This document shows, in pieces, positions 20,062 to 30,338 of a DNA stretch of 56,400 nt. Numbering within the stretch: position 1 is the first letter of the stretch; each line of letters starts with the position of its first letter. Under the pieces are notes generated by a model. It was not told the DNA's origin. It worked only from the letters and a program-made list of their open reading frames with translations, and did no database searches. Where the stretch lies: positions 1 through 56,400 of IMG/VR virus record IMGVR_UViG_3300037488_002133; one strand, 5' to 3'. This DNA is from a virus (Duplodnaviria > Caudoviricetes). A program made the position numbers and the translations under genes.

Positions 20062-21389
20062 GAAGAAGAAATGAGTTTGCGGTAGTTCAGCATCACGTCG
20101 GCCATCTCGCGCTGGTCGTCGCCACGCTCACGCAGGGTCTCGACGATAGCCTCGTCAATGGTGCCCGAGCACAGTATTCGGTAGATCAGGGGGTCTTTGT
20201 CCTGACCCTTGCGGGCCACACGGGCGTTGAACTGATCGTAGAGTTCTCGGCTCCACGTCGGACTGTACCAGACCACCGTGCGGCCACCCTGTTGCAGATT
20301 GAGACCATGCCCCAGTGAGCGGGGATCGGCTACAAGGGTCCGAATGGTCCCCGAGTTCCAAGCCTGCTCGATGTCGCCCTTGAACTCGGATGCGTTGACG
20401 GGCCACAGCCCCGCCTTGTTCAGTGCAGCGCAGATCCGATCCCGTTCGTGGATGTAATTGCACGCCACCAACGCCGGTTCGTTTAGCTTCTTCAAAAGGT
20501 CGATCAGGGCGTCGATCTTGGCGTTGTGGATCGGGAGCGCAGTTCGATCTTCGGAATACAGGTTTCCACCACATAGCTGATGGAGCTTTCCCGCCAGAAC
20601 GGCTGCGTTTTTAGCCGTTACGACGTCATTGGCGGTGAGGGTAAGGAAATCCTTTTCAAGCTCGTCGTACGCGGTCTGGGCGGCAGGCGGCAACGTCACC
20701 TCGATGTCCTCCAAGACCGTGTCGGCGATGTTGAGGTAGTCGGAACTGCGAAGGGTTACGGTGATGTCCGAGATGCGCTGATAAATGCGATCTTTGGAGC
20801 CAGCTTTGGCCACCCAGTTGTAGCGCATGTAGTCGGTCGGGTAAAAGTAGCAGTCGCGGTAGCCTGAGAACGTCCGGCCAAGGCGAACACCGTCGTCGAT
20901 CAGCCGCACTTGGGCGAAAAGCTCCAGCATCGAGTTGGGGCGGGGCGTCCCCGTTAACCCCCAGCGTCGGTGGTGCCTCATTAAGCCCGCAATCGCCTTG
21001 ATCCGCTTGCTCTTCGGGTTCTTGGCTTTGGTGATCTCGTCGAACACCACCACATCGCAGAACTTGAGGTCGGTCAGTTGCTGCAAACGCTCGTAGTTAA
21101 TGAGGTAGACCTGCGCTTTACCCGATGGCTTTTTCCCCGCCAGAATCTCGACTTTCATCCACTTGAACTGGTCCCATTTCGCAATCTCGTTCGGCCATGC
21201 AATCCGAGCCACCCTGATGGGGGCCACGACCAGTACGGATCGAATCGACCCAGCCATGAACAGCTCGTTCAGGGCTAATAATGTGGACGCTGTTTTACCA
21301 AGTCCGAGCCCCACGTTGGAATAGGCTCGGTCGTTGGCGAGCAAGTGATCCGCCATCACGGTCTGATATGGTTCGGGGGTAAATTTCAC
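20058..21389 (-). CDS. SNF2-family helicase
   Basis: GLGLGKT, VFDE, LTGTP, GHGLNLQ, QFNARVARKGQ; GTG start overlaps the upstream stop. Confidence 0.92.
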   Translation of the reverse strand: MKFTPEPYQTVMADHLLANDRAYSNVGLGLGKTASTLLALNELFMAGSIRSVLVVAPIRVARIAWPNEIAKWDQFKWMKVEILAGKKPSGKAQVYLINYERLQQLTDLKFCDVVVFDEITKAKNPKSKRIKAIAGLMRHHRRWGLTGTPRPNSMLELFAQVRLIDDGVRLGRTFSGYRDCYFYPTDYMRYNWVAKAGSKDRIYQRISDITVTLRSSDYLNIADTVLEDIEVTLPPAAQTAYDELEKDFLTLTANDVVTAKNAAVLAGKLHQLCGGNLYSEDRTALPIHNAKIDALIDLLKKLNEPALVACNYIHERDRICAALNKAGLWPVNASEFKGDIEQAWNSGTIRTLVADPRSLGHGLNLQQGGRTVVWYSPTWSRELYDQFNARVARKGQDKDPLIYRILCSGTIDEAIVETLRERGDDQREMADVMLNYRKLISSS

Positions 21390-21694
21390 GACGTGACCTG
21401 AAACAGGAGAATGATGGAACTGGCGGTGTCGTAGTTGTCGGCCCAATCGGCTTTGCAGCCCGCTTCGCGCAATCGATTGATCTCATGCATCTGAAGTCGG
21501 GTGGGCTTTTGTCCCCGCCGTTTCAGCTCCAAGAACAGTACCGACCCGTTGCTGATGATGATGCGGTCGGGAACGCCCCGATTGGACGGCGATGAAAATT
21601 TGTAGGTAGTTAATCCATACAATTTGCACAGCTTGACCACCTTGGATTCAATTTGAGCTTCCAACATCGGGGGTAGGCTCTTCAGCGGTTTCAA
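21386..21694 (-). CDS. VRR-NUC domain nuclease
   Basis: EAQIE..GVPDRI..FLELK..PTRLQ; true start may be MLEAQ. Confidence 0.88.
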   Translation of the reverse strand: MKPLKSLPPMLEAQIESKVVKLCKLYGLTTYKFSSPSNRGVPDRIIISNGSVLFLELKRRGQKPTRLQMHEINRLREAGCKADWADNYDTASSIILLFQVTS

Positions 21695-21836
21695 AGACTT
21701 CTAGTCCGGTGGGTTTGGGTTGAAGCGTAAACCGTTTGGACAGGTACTTTTGAGCTTTCTCCAGAGCCTGTTGGGGAGTGTCGGCTTTGATTTCGACGGC
21801 TCCGATAATGCTGGCTGCGATGTAGTATTTTTTCAT
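21648..21836 (-). CDS. Hypothetical protein
   Basis: 62-aa ORF coupled within the operon. Confidence 0.55.
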   Translation of the reverse strand: MKKYYIAASIIGAVEIKADTPQQALEKAQKYLSKRFTLQPKPTGLEVFETAEEPTPDVGSSN

Positions 21837-22102
21837 GTGGTAGCTTTTGTGATACGGGCAAGATATTTCTGACGTTCTAGCTTGGCCAGCCGACCAAGCA
21901 ATCGAGCGATGATGACGCGGCGTTGGCCCCCCATAAGCTCCAGCACGACCATCCGGCGAAGGTCATGCGCGTTGAGCCCTACGAGAAAGATCTCGTTGAG
22001 TTTGTTCCACCCTGTGAGGTGGGGCTTGAGGCTGGCTGCGTCTTTTTCTAAGATCTCCACGGGGGAGTCGAAGATTTGATATTTCAGAGGTATGCGTATC
22101 AT
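21833..22102 (-). CDS. Hypothetical protein
   Basis: 89-aa ORF with ATGA overlaps on both sides. Confidence 0.65.
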   Translation of the reverse strand: MIRIPLKYQIFDSPVEILEKDAASLKPHLTGWNKLNEIFLVGLNAHDLRRMVVLELMGGQRRVIIARLLGRLAKLERQKYLARITKATT

Positions 22103-24057
22103 TTTGAGTAGTACGGTGCGATTTTGGTTTCAACTTTCAGTGGTAGCCCTTTCGCCCACGATGGGAGAGTAGCGAGAGCGTCAGAAAAACCTTCAGCGGT
22201 TTGCCCCGATAATTTAAGGGCAAGACCTTGGTCGTGGATCAGTGCGAATGGTAACATCCACCTCGACTCAGCCGTGCGGGAGCCATGCGCCATGATGTCG
22301 GCGGCGATGGCTTGGCAGATGTTCTCAAAAGCTTTCGCTCCGTATAGACCGATTCGACCCCACTGAGTGGAGAGAGGAATTTGGCCCCAGTACGTGACCT
22401 TCGTCCCAAATATGGCGTCGTCCTCAATCATGGGCCATGGATAAGCGAGCGAGCGCCCAGATGGCAGTTTGATGAACAAGTAGGGAATACCTGCGGAGGC
22501 GTGACAGTAGACCACAATGCCCGGTCCAAAAGTGTGAACCGATCCCGCGAGTTGAATTGCACGCCGAATCGCCCGATCAAGCACTTTCCATGTCTCGACG
22601 ATCTTCGGATGCTTTTCTCGGAAAGAGTCCTTGGCCAATTCCGCCACCTCCCTCGAAATGTTAATGCCGTACTGGTCGCGGCAAGAGGACTGAAACTTTT
22701 CAGCCCCCATGCCGTAGCCCAGCCCAAGGATCGCCCGCTTACCGACTTCCCTCTCGTCTGACGTTACGAGCCGGATTGGTTTATCGTAGATATACGCTGC
22801 CATCGTCTTGTAGCGGTCCACTCCGTTGCGGTACTCTTTCAAGGCGCTTTCTTCTCCAGCGACCCAGCACGCGATGCGGGCTTCAATGGCGTTGTAGTCG
22901 CCGTCCAAAAGCTCGGAACCGGGAGCGTGAACGAAATGGCGGATGCACGACGCCAAGATCTCAATCGGCTCCCCGTAAACCGCTCGCAGCCCTTCGATGG
23001 TCCCCCCATTCGCGACGTACTTGTAGGCAGCGTGCGTGATCGGACGCATCTCGGGAGTCGCCTTCTTGGCGTTGTGCAACTGCGGACCACCCGCCGACCA
23101 ACGTCCGGTGCTCGCGCCATAAAATTTGAACACTCCATGGAGCCGGTCATCGGGGCAGACCCAGTCCAGCATCGTAGTGATCTTCTTGGTCGCGGCGTAT
23201 GAGAGTTGGCAATACAGCTCAATAGCGCGGGATGCCTCCGCCGATCCAAGCATCTTCAGGCTCGTCGCAGCCTCGATCAAGGTCTCTGCCTGCATGTTGG
23301 GCAGATCCAGACCTCGAGCCGCCAGCCAGTCTTTCACCTTGGCCCGCTGGGTGATGTTCAGCTTGGTGAGCTGGCGGAACTCTGCGCCAGCCGTCGCCTC
23401 CACGACGTCGATCATCTTCTGGGCATTACGAAGGGCAGGCACGTTGACCGGAATGCCCGTGTCGTTCATGCGGATCGTGAACTGAAACGTCTCAAGGTTC
23501 ACGCCCTTCAGGCTGAAATGATCCTTGAGCAATCCGTGGATCTGCATCTCGGACCTGACATCCTGTTTGCAGTAGTCGCAAAACTGACGCCACTTTTCTT
23601 GATGGTCGCGGGGCTCGTTGAAGGTGCCGTCCTCCTGTGGGATCGAGAAAAACTTGATGAGGTCTTTGCCCTTCTTGTCCTTCTTGCTGTCGATGTTCAG
23701 TGCATCGCCGCACTTCTCGAGTGAGTCGGGCAGGGCGGCGATGCGAGCCATGGCGGCAGTGCAGCGCCACTGCGTGAGTTGGATGGAGACCTCGAACTGA
23801 GTGCGGTCCAGCAGCTCCCGCTCGAAGTCGGCGTTATGCGCGTGGACCTCGTCCGCTTGGCGCAGCAACGCCAGCGCCTCGGGGTCAGAATCGATCCCAG
23901 CATCACGGAACCTAGGGTTGATCCACAGGTAGATCTCGGACCCATCGCTGACCGCAGCCATGAAGATCTCAGTCGAGGGGTCAGCAGCGTACCGTGCCGC
24001 ACCTACACTGGGTAGGTCGGCTCGGCTGCGGGTCTCGATGTCTAGGAATACGTGCAT
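22099..24057 (-). CDS. DNA polymerase, family A (phage type)
   Basis: Exonuclease LDIET / AHNADFE / YCKQD; polymerase STGRWS, DYNAIEAR, R..GK..ILGLGYGMG, IHD. Confidence 0.93.
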   Translation of the reverse strand: MHVFLDIETRSRADLPSVGAARYAADPSTEIFMAAVSDGSEIYLWINPRFRDAGIDSDPEALALLRQADEVHAHNADFERELLDRTQFEVSIQLTQWRCTAAMARIAALPDSLEKCGDALNIDSKKDKKGKDLIKFFSIPQEDGTFNEPRDHQEKWRQFCDYCKQDVRSEMQIHGLLKDHFSLKGVNLETFQFTIRMNDTGIPVNVPALRNAQKMIDVVEATAGAEFRQLTKLNITQRAKVKDWLAARGLDLPNMQAETLIEAATSLKMLGSAEASRAIELYCQLSYAATKKITTMLDWVCPDDRLHGVFKFYGASTGRWSAGGPQLHNAKKATPEMRPITHAAYKYVANGGTIEGLRAVYGEPIEILASCIRHFVHAPGSELLDGDYNAIEARIACWVAGEESALKEYRNGVDRYKTMAAYIYDKPIRLVTSDEREVGKRAILGLGYGMGAEKFQSSCRDQYGINISREVAELAKDSFREKHPKIVETWKVLDRAIRRAIQLAGSVHTFGPGIVVYCHASAGIPYLFIKLPSGRSLAYPWPMIEDDAIFGTKVTYWGQIPLSTQWGRIGLYGAKAFENICQAIAADIMAHGSRTAESRWMLPFALIHDQGLALKLSGQTAEGFSDALATLPSWAKGLPLKVETKIAPYYSK

Positions 24058-24104
24058 GTAAATTGGTGGGCCACCACTACGCAGGTTGCCCAGTCGCGTG
24101 TTCC

Positions 24105-24317
24105 TCAGTCCTTGGTAGCGCCGTCTTCGCAGGGATCTGCGGGGACGGGAATGTTCATTACCGCGCACATATCGGACTCAGAGATGTCGAACAGTCGGAG
24201 GATCTCCCCGACTGACAGATGCTCCTTAACCAGACCTGTTGCCACAGGATCGGCTCGAAGCAGCTTGGCGATTGCCGCCGACGTCATCAGCACTGATTGA
24301 TTAGACGGGGGATTCAT
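24105..24317 (-). CDS. Hypothetical protein
   Basis: Small ORF filling the gap between SSB and polymerase; start uncertain. Confidence 0.45.
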   Translation of the reverse strand: MNPPSNQSVLMTSAAIAKLLRADPVATGLVKEHLSVGEILRLFDISESDMCAVMNIPVPADPCEDGATKD

Positions 24318-24837
24318 CTTCGTCCTCGATGTTGGTGAACAGCTTGTTCACGTCGACCTCACCCTCGCCAAACGGCTTGCCATCCTTGAAGAACTGCACA
24401 GCGCGGAGCTTCGCGTTGATCCGCTTGCCGTACTGGTTGTCCTGACCCCAGAGCTGGATCACGGCATTGACGTGGCACCCAGCGTAGGGCTTGCCGTCCT
24501 CCTCAGTGAGGGGCGACATATCGCGGCCAATGACTTGAGGGCGCTTCTCGCTGCGACAGCCGATAAACATTACGCCGTCGCCGTAGCCGTCGGTCTCGGC
24601 CTTTTCTTCACCATCACGCAGACAGACCTTGGGCGGGCGCTTGCCCTTGAAGACCTCGCGGACGATGTCGTTGATCGCGGCATTCACTGCGGCGATTTCC
24701 TTGGCGTTGATTTTCTTGTCGAGGATGAAGGTCGCGGAGTACGCGCCCTTGGCATCGGTGGGTGCGAATTTCTTCTCCCGAAAAAGGGATGGGAACGAGA
24801 GTCGCACGTTGTTGAGTTTGATGTTTTGATTTTCCAT
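24301..24837 (-). CDS. Single-stranded DNA-binding protein (DUF2815)
   Basis: NVRLSFPSLF, LRDG, YAGC, VQFFKDGKPFG, acidic tail. Confidence 0.88.
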   Translation of the reverse strand: MENQNIKLNNVRLSFPSLFREKKFAPTDAKGAYSATFILDKKINAKEIAAVNAAINDIVREVFKGKRPPKVCLRDGEEKAETDGYGDGVMFIGCRSEKRPQVIGRDMSPLTEEDGKPYAGCHVNAVIQLWGQDNQYGKRINAKLRAVQFFKDGKPFGEGEVDVNKLFTNIEDEDESPV

Positions 24838-24838
24838 G

Positions 24839-25993
24839 TTAGATGACGTCGATGTTTTCTAGCGGGTTAGCGAGTTGAAGCGCCGGACGATTGTCCGACT
24901 CCGGTACAAGCGTTGGTTTCCCTTCCGGCTTTGTGATGAGAGACTGAAAGCGCGATTCAAACCGCGCCGACAGCTCCTTCCCTTTGAGAGCTTCTTCCGC
25001 CTTGTGGGGCGAAATGAGGTCTGCTCTCGGCCTCGTAATATCTAGTGTCAGGTGATTGCTCAGAAGAGTCTGAGCGGCTTCTGGGTCACTCCACTGTCGG
25101 TTGCTCTTGCCCTCGACGAGCTTGAAGCCTTGCGGCTCTTTGCCCGCCATCAGGTCGGCGACCTCTTGGTCTTCGACCGCTTCGAGCCAGTCGCGCAACA
25201 CCTTCTTTGCCCCCAGTACCTTGACCCGCTGATCGCGAGTAAGGACACCGGGATCTGGGAGGGTGATGATGCGTGCCTCTTCTGGAAGAGCCACCAGCCC
25301 CTGCGTGGCGTATGCCGAGCAGATGCCTTTGGCTGGACAGAATCGGCACGCCTTGTCGCAAGGGCCGAACAGCCCTGCTCCCCCCAGTGCCTGACGCGCC
25401 TTCGCGCCAAGCGTTGTCGTGAACACTGACAATTGTTGGCGAGTCAGGGTCCACGTCCTGACAGGTTCTGGGTTGTTCCGGTCCCTCGGTTGATAGATCG
25501 AGAGGTGGATCGGGAGATCGTGCGCGATGTCCGAGATCTGCTCCCACTGGCGGATCAGAGACTCGGCATAGATCGCGATCTGTTCGTTGTCCTCGGCCTC
25601 GACACTCACGCCGACACCATACTTGAGGTCGTCGATATAGATGCCGTCGGTCCGCATGGTGGCAGCGTCCACCATGCCGTTGCGCTCGGGGAGATAAAAC
25701 AGGGGGATCTTTTTCTCCACGTAGCGCCGAGAGTTCGGTGCTTCGTGCGAGCGTACAAAGGCCACGTAGCCGTTGACGTATTGCAGCATGATGTCGTCGA
25801 TCCCCTCGGGAACAGGTTTCCCAGTGAGGATCATTGCTGCTACGTCGTGGGCTTTGGTGCCTTCGTCCGCGAAGAAACTGGAATCGTCTGGCAGCTCAGA
25901 TGCGTGATCGATGATGAACTGCGGTGAGGCAGTGCATCGAGACCAGCGATGAGCCGAGGACGGTCCGACGTCGATGCGGGTGCGTTTAGCCAT
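24839..25993 (-). CDS. DUF2800 / Cas4-like PD-(D/E)XK nuclease
   Basis: PSSAHRWSRC, ADEGTKAH, DLKYG, NEQIAIYA, CRFCPAKGIC. Confidence 0.88.
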   Translation of the reverse strand: MAKRTRIDVGPSSAHRWSRCTASPQFIIDHASELPDDSSFFADEGTKAHDVAAMILTGKPVPEGIDDIMLQYVNGYVAFVRSHEAPNSRRYVEKKIPLFYLPERNGMVDAATMRTDGIYIDDLKYGVGVSVEAEDNEQIAIYAESLIRQWEQISDIAHDLPIHLSIYQPRDRNNPEPVRTWTLTRQQLSVFTTTLGAKARQALGGAGLFGPCDKACRFCPAKGICSAYATQGLVALPEEARIITLPDPGVLTRDQRVKVLGAKKVLRDWLEAVEDQEVADLMAGKEPQGFKLVEGKSNRQWSDPEAAQTLLSNHLTLDITRPRADLISPHKAEEALKGKELSARFESRFQSLITKPEGKPTLVPESDNRPALQLANPLENIDVI

Positions 25994-26375
25994 TGAGGAG
26001 AGCGGTCAGATCAGCGTGGAGGTCGGCAAACTTATCTTCGGTGGCTTCACCGATCTTGCGGAGACCGTATTTCTTGTTGATGCCGATGACCCCACTGAGC
26101 TTGTCGTTGTCGAGGCAGCTCTGAGCGACTTCGCGAATGTCTTGAAGCGTGAGCTTCTTGACGGGCTTGGGCGCTTCGACCTTGGCAGGCTCTTCGACCT
26201 TGGCAGGCTCTTCGACCTTGGCGGGCTCTTCGACCTTGGCGGGCTCTTCGACCTTGGCGGGCTTAGTAGCCTTGGCGGGCTTGGCTGCGGCGTCAGTCTT
26301 GACGCCGCCAGATTGGATGACCTTCGTGAGGGCTTCGACTGCTGCGGTGAGGGCTGCGATTTTTTCTTCTAGCAT
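25986..26375 (-). CDS. Hypothetical protein with PAKVEE repeats
   Basis: Five 18-bp repeats (~26174-26262); usual neighbour of DUF2800. Confidence 0.75.
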   Translation of the reverse strand: MLEEKIAALTAAVEALTKVIQSGGVKTDAAAKPAKATKPAKVEEPAKVEEPAKVEEPAKVEEPAKVEAPKPVKKLTLQDIREVAQSCLDNDKLSGVIGINKKYGLRKIGEATEDKFADLHADLTALLNG

Positions 26376-26399
26376 TTGGATGTTGGTTGATGGTTGTTT

Positions 26400-26633
26400 T
26401 TAGATGACGTCCCGCTCCACCGGAGTGGCGTAGCAGGGCGAAAGGTTGGGCCATTCAAGGATGATCTGGATAATATCCTGACCACGGTAGCAGCGACCCT
26501 TGTCCTCGTCGTTAGACGAGACCACGTAGTCGCTGATTTCCTTGAATAGCTCTGGACGAAGCTTGGACTCCCAGTTTTTGAGGTGCTGTGTTTGGAATCC
26601 AAGAGCCTCCGTAAAGTTGGTTGTGGGTATCAT
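26400..26633 (-). CDS. Hypothetical protein
   Basis: MIPTTNF start at 26633, ATGA-coupled to an upstream small ORF. Confidence 0.55.
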   Translation of the reverse strand: MIPTTNFTEALGFQTQHLKNWESKLRPELFKEISDYVVSSNDEDKGRCYRGQDIIQIILEWPNLSPCYATPVERDVI

Positions 26634-26758
26634 AGCGCGATTACAAGGGCCATAATCATAACTCCCATCGCGAACCCGACCGCTATCGCGGCGGCAATCG
26701 TGGGCCAATTGATAATGTCGTCAGATTGAAATTTAAGTCTGCCGTAGTTTTTATGCAT
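26630..26758 (-). CDS. Small single-TM protein (42 aa; not in ORF track)
   Basis: MHKNYGRLKFQSDDIINWPTIAAAIAVGFAMGVMIMALVIAL*, ATGA coupling to the next gene. Confidence 0.55.
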   Translation of the reverse strand: MHKNYGRLKFQSDDIINWPTIAAAIAVGFAMGVMIMALVIAL

Positions 26759-26810
26759 ATGGGTGGGGGGGGACTGGGACTAATACTGTTTATGTTTAGG
26801 TTGACGAGCG

Positions 26811-26830
26811 AAAAATGACCCCGAGGTCAT
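26811..26830 (-). terminator. Intrinsic terminator after primase
   Basis: ATGACC-TCGG-GGTCAT followed by a T run on the minus strand. Confidence 0.55.
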
Positions 26831-26835
26831 AAATC

Positions 26836-29280
26836 TTAAAGGGTGTCCATGCGGGCCTGAGCACGGGCCTCGATGTCGGGTGTGATCTGCTTGGCCCACA
26901 GCGTGTGGCGGGTACCGTCCACAAGATGTCTGCCTGCCGAGACCAACCCCAGCGAGCGCAGGACTGCGCCCAGAGCTTGATCGGAAAACGGAGGCAGCTT
27001 CTCGGTCGGTAAGACTGCGCGTAGTGCCGTGATTGATACGAGGTCTTTGCGGACCAGAGCGTGCGGCTCGTCTTCGAGGACGTCCGCAATCGCTGACGCC
27101 AGTGGGCTCGTCGTCTGCTTGGCCAACTCCTGAAGGAATGGAGTGGCGGGGGCTCGACCCTCGGGATTGAAATCTGGCGAGATCGGCCAAGCCTCGAGGA
27201 AGGCGCGGATGCCGCCCGCAAGCCGCGTGCATTCGCTGTAGAAATGATTGAAGTAAGCCTCGCCGCCGATGGCATCGATGTCTGGCTTGGTCTGGAGAGG
27301 ACTGTTGATGACCCAGTACCGACGGTCATCGTCGTGAACCGCGAGAGCGTCGTGATGGTTCGTGAACAGGATGTAGTTCGTGACGTTAGGCACGGTCTGG
27401 ACTGGCTCGTACAACTGACGGACCGAGACCTTGTCGTCCGAGATCAGGGGCTTCATCTTATCCATGACCCTGTAGCGATTCGTGCCCATCACGCGCACCT
27501 CGTCGAGAATGAGGAGCTGCGAACCGCTCGCCCAGCCGTTGCTGGTGCCTTCCATAATGTGTTCGGCTGCGAGCCACTGGACGTTGCTGTGCCCGAGTGC
27601 CAGCGTCATCACGTAGCCCCAGCCACCTTTGCCTGCACCGGGTGCGGACATAAGCATCGGAGCCCAGCGGATTTTCTTGCCGGGGTGTTGAACCTGATAA
27701 GCCGCCCAGTCCATCGCGGTCACCCAGTACTGCCTGCCGTGCAGGTTGCACGCATGGATGCAGAGCAGCTCGCCCGCCTCCAGTGCCTGCGACTTGTCGG
27801 CCTTTGCGTACGTCGGTCGGTAGGTGTTGATGAACGGCACCCCGCCCGAGATGAAGACCCGCTTGGGTTCTGCCGGATCGTAGCGCACGTTCTCGACGAC
27901 TGGGATGTTGGCTTCGTGTATCAGGTATTGTGATGCGCTGACCTCGGGGTTGGGGCTTTGATAAATTAGATCGACGACCTCTCGACGCATCTTGCGGTTG
28001 TCGAGATAACGGTAAAACAGGTTGGGAGCAGTCAGGAAGACGATGCCGCTCGTCCACGGGGGATGCACTGCCGTGGCCTTCACGGCTGCGTTGGTGATGC
28101 GTTTGACCTCCTTGGCGAGGTCGCCGACGGTCGGCCCGCGCAAGCCTCTGGACTTCGTCGCTCCGAACAGGTCAGCAACCAGCACCTTCTGCTCAATGGG
28201 GCCGACGACATCGGCCAGCTTGGCGATGCGTCTGGCTCCTTCGTCGAGGAGCTCTTCGGACGACCGCGCAGGGCTTTGAATCCAGTCGCGCGTCTGTTGA
28301 AAGACGCGGTTCGACATCGGGCGATTGTCCCAGCCGCACTTCACCGCTTCGCGGATCACGGTGCGGATCGTGACCGGAACGCGGTCACCGGGATTGGCTT
28401 TGAACGACTCCCAACGAGTGAGCAGGGTGTCGGTGTCGGTGTACTTGTCGGAACTCTGGGAGGACCACGCGTCCCAGATCTCGAACCCCGCGTCACCCAG
28501 TTGATGCTTGATGCCCATGCCGATCTCGACCCATTGCTTCATCGAACACGACGCATCGATGACCTTGAGCGCCGACTCTACATCATCGGCGGTGACGCTA
28601 TCGACGGGCTCGCGCAGGTTCGCGATATCGCCGACGTCCGCGTCGGATGGGTCGACTGGGTCCACGCCCTTGAGGCTCGCGATCTGCGCGATCTGAGTGT
28701 GATCGAACTCCTGACCGTCGGTCTTCTGATAGGCGATGGGACTCTCGGTTGAGTCCGTGTATTGCACGGGCAAATACATCGGCTGCACGGCGACTTTCGA
28801 CTCGCTCGTGACGGCATTCATGCCGAGCAGTCCCGCAAGGGCCGTGACCGCTGCTGGGTAATGTGCCACGGGGACGCTGTTGACGGGCACCATCACGCGC
28901 AGTCGGGGCTTCTCGGGCGTCGAGCGTGCGGTGTGCCAGATGACCGCGCTCAGGTCACCCAACAGGGTCTCGGGACCGACGCTGAGAATGCGGGCGCTCT
29001 CCTTCCCGTCGTCGACGTCAATGAACAACACGTTGCAGTGCGTCGCCTGCGAAGTCTGGCGGGGGCTGGGGCTCGCCTTGAACACGGCGGGCACGAGGTA
29101 GTCGGTCCTCTTGCGTTTGTTCTGCTCCTCGTCGGGCAGGGCGAACATCTCGGGACGGGTGAGCGCCAACTGCACGGGGCTTGCCACGGTTGCCTCTACC
29201 AGTTCCGCGAAGGTCTGGTGAGGCAACGCTTGGACCTGCCCGAGTTGACTGGCGAGGCCGCTGAAGTATCGCGGGCTCAT
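26836..29280 (-). CDS. Primase-helicase (prim-pol-like N-terminus, PriCT-2, DUF5906-like helicase)
   Basis: FIDVDD, WHT..S..PRLR; WVEIGMGIK..WDAWS..KY (PriCT-2); APGAGKG and ILDE Walker motifs. Confidence 0.85.
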   Translation of the reverse strand: MSPRYFSGLASQLGQVQALPHQTFAELVEATVASPVQLALTRPEMFALPDEEQNKRKRTDYLVPAVFKASPSPRQTSQATHCNVLFIDVDDGKESARILSVGPETLLGDLSAVIWHTARSTPEKPRLRVMVPVNSVPVAHYPAAVTALAGLLGMNAVTSESKVAVQPMYLPVQYTDSTESPIAYQKTDGQEFDHTQIAQIASLKGVDPVDPSDADVGDIANLREPVDSVTADDVESALKVIDASCSMKQWVEIGMGIKHQLGDAGFEIWDAWSSQSSDKYTDTDTLLTRWESFKANPGDRVPVTIRTVIREAVKCGWDNRPMSNRVFQQTRDWIQSPARSSEELLDEGARRIAKLADVVGPIEQKVLVADLFGATKSRGLRGPTVGDLAKEVKRITNAAVKATAVHPPWTSGIVFLTAPNLFYRYLDNRKMRREVVDLIYQSPNPEVSASQYLIHEANIPVVENVRYDPAEPKRVFISGGVPFINTYRPTYAKADKSQALEAGELLCIHACNLHGRQYWVTAMDWAAYQVQHPGKKIRWAPMLMSAPGAGKGGWGYVMTLALGHSNVQWLAAEHIMEGTSNGWASGSQLLILDEVRVMGTNRYRVMDKMKPLISDDKVSVRQLYEPVQTVPNVTNYILFTNHHDALAVHDDDRRYWVINSPLQTKPDIDAIGGEAYFNHFYSECTRLAGGIRAFLEAWPISPDFNPEGRAPATPFLQELAKQTTSPLASAIADVLEDEPHALVRKDLVSITALRAVLPTEKLPPFSDQALGAVLRSLGLVSAGRHLVDGTRHTLWAKQITPDIEARAQARMDTL

Positions 29281-29408
29281 TTCAGCCACCTCCGCTTGCG
29301 AGCCTCTGCGAGCTGCTTGGTCCGTCGGGCTATTTCAGCCTTCGACAGGGTCTTCTTCTTGCCCTTGGACAGGCGTCCAAGGGCTGCTGCGAGTTGGGAG
29401 GGAGTCAT
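29277..29408 (-). CDS. Small basic protein (43 aa; not in ORF track)
   Basis: MTPSQLAAALGRLSKGKKKTLSKAEIARRTKQLAEARKRRWLK*; ATGA overlap with primase; TTGACA upstream at 29449. Confidence 0.65.
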   Translation of the reverse strand: MTPSQLAAALGRLSKGKKKTLSKAEIARRTKQLAEARKRRWLK

Positions 29409-29456
29409 GGCGGGCGTGGAGGACGATCACGAGATCGCATTCGTGTCAAGCGACGA

Positions 29457-30041
29457 CTACTTGATGAACCCTTCGGTCCGGAGGTAGTCGACGAGCTTGA
29501 CGCCAAGGCGAGCGGCAGCTTCTGCCGACGGTTGTCGTGCAAGTGCGACGTTAACCTCATTTAGAAGCGTCGTGTCAAAGCGCATCGACTGAAACGAGCC
29601 ATCATCGAGCCTGCCCGAGCCGTGAAGGTACTGACTGTTGCTTGTGATTGCATCGAGTTGCGCTCGGTGCTCTTCCAATCGTGCCGCTTTTTTCTTATGC
29701 GTGTGATCGCGCTCGGCGTACTTGGCTCGGAGCTCGGCGACCTTGAAGGTCGTGGCAGCGTGCCACCTGAACAGGCGATTCTCCCAATGGGGGTTGTCGA
29801 GGTTGATCGTGATGGACTTGATAGAGTCGGCGTAGACCGCGTCCTTGTCGTCGCAGCCGAGCACAAATTTCGAGGCGCTTACGGAGGTGCGATGGCCACC
29901 CTTGGCCCTTACGCCGCGCAGGTACATCGAGGTCTCGGTCTTCGAGCGGAAGTACCAATGGTTATTGACGATGCTGGTGTCTTGGATTCCCCAGCCGAGG
30001 CGGGTGAGTATGTCGCGTAATCTATCGGTGATGTTGAGCAT
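29457..30041 (-). CDS. Hypothetical protein
   Basis: 194-aa ORF in the early operon. Confidence 0.65.
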   Translation of the reverse strand: MLNITDRLRDILTRLGWGIQDTSIVNNHWYFRSKTETSMYLRGVRAKGGHRTSVSASKFVLGCDDKDAVYADSIKSITINLDNPHWENRLFRWHAATTFKVAELRAKYAERDHTHKKKAARLEEHRAQLDAITSNSQYLHGSGRLDDGSFQSMRFDTTLLNEVNVALARQPSAEAAARLGVKLVDYLRTEGFIK

Positions 30042-30045
30042 GGTG

Positions 30046-30333
30046 TTAATCGGTTATGGATTTGGAAAAAACTTTCACGGCGAAGCAGGGTTTGGTGACG
30101 GACTCCACGGAGTAAAGTTCGTCACCCATCAGGAAAAAAGGGTGCATCGGAGCGCCCGCTTGTATCGCCTTCCACGGCGACTTCTGCGACAACACCGTCG
30201 GGGGCGTCGTCGAGTCATCCCACGCAATGTGCGACAAATTCTTTATGCGACGGAGCCCGCGTTGCGAACGCAGTTTGACCTCGGATTTATGGTGTTTGTT
30301 GAGGACGGTTTTGGCCCAGTAGGTGGTGATCAT
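30046..30333 (-). CDS. Hypothetical protein
   Basis: MITTYWAK start at 30333, 5 nt after upstream stop. Confidence 0.55.
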   Translation of the reverse strand: MITTYWAKTVLNKHHKSEVKLRSQRGLRRIKNLSHIAWDDSTTPPTVLSQKSPWKAIQAGAPMHPFFLMGDELYSVESVTKPCFAVKVFSKSITD

Positions 30334-30338
30334 AGTGA

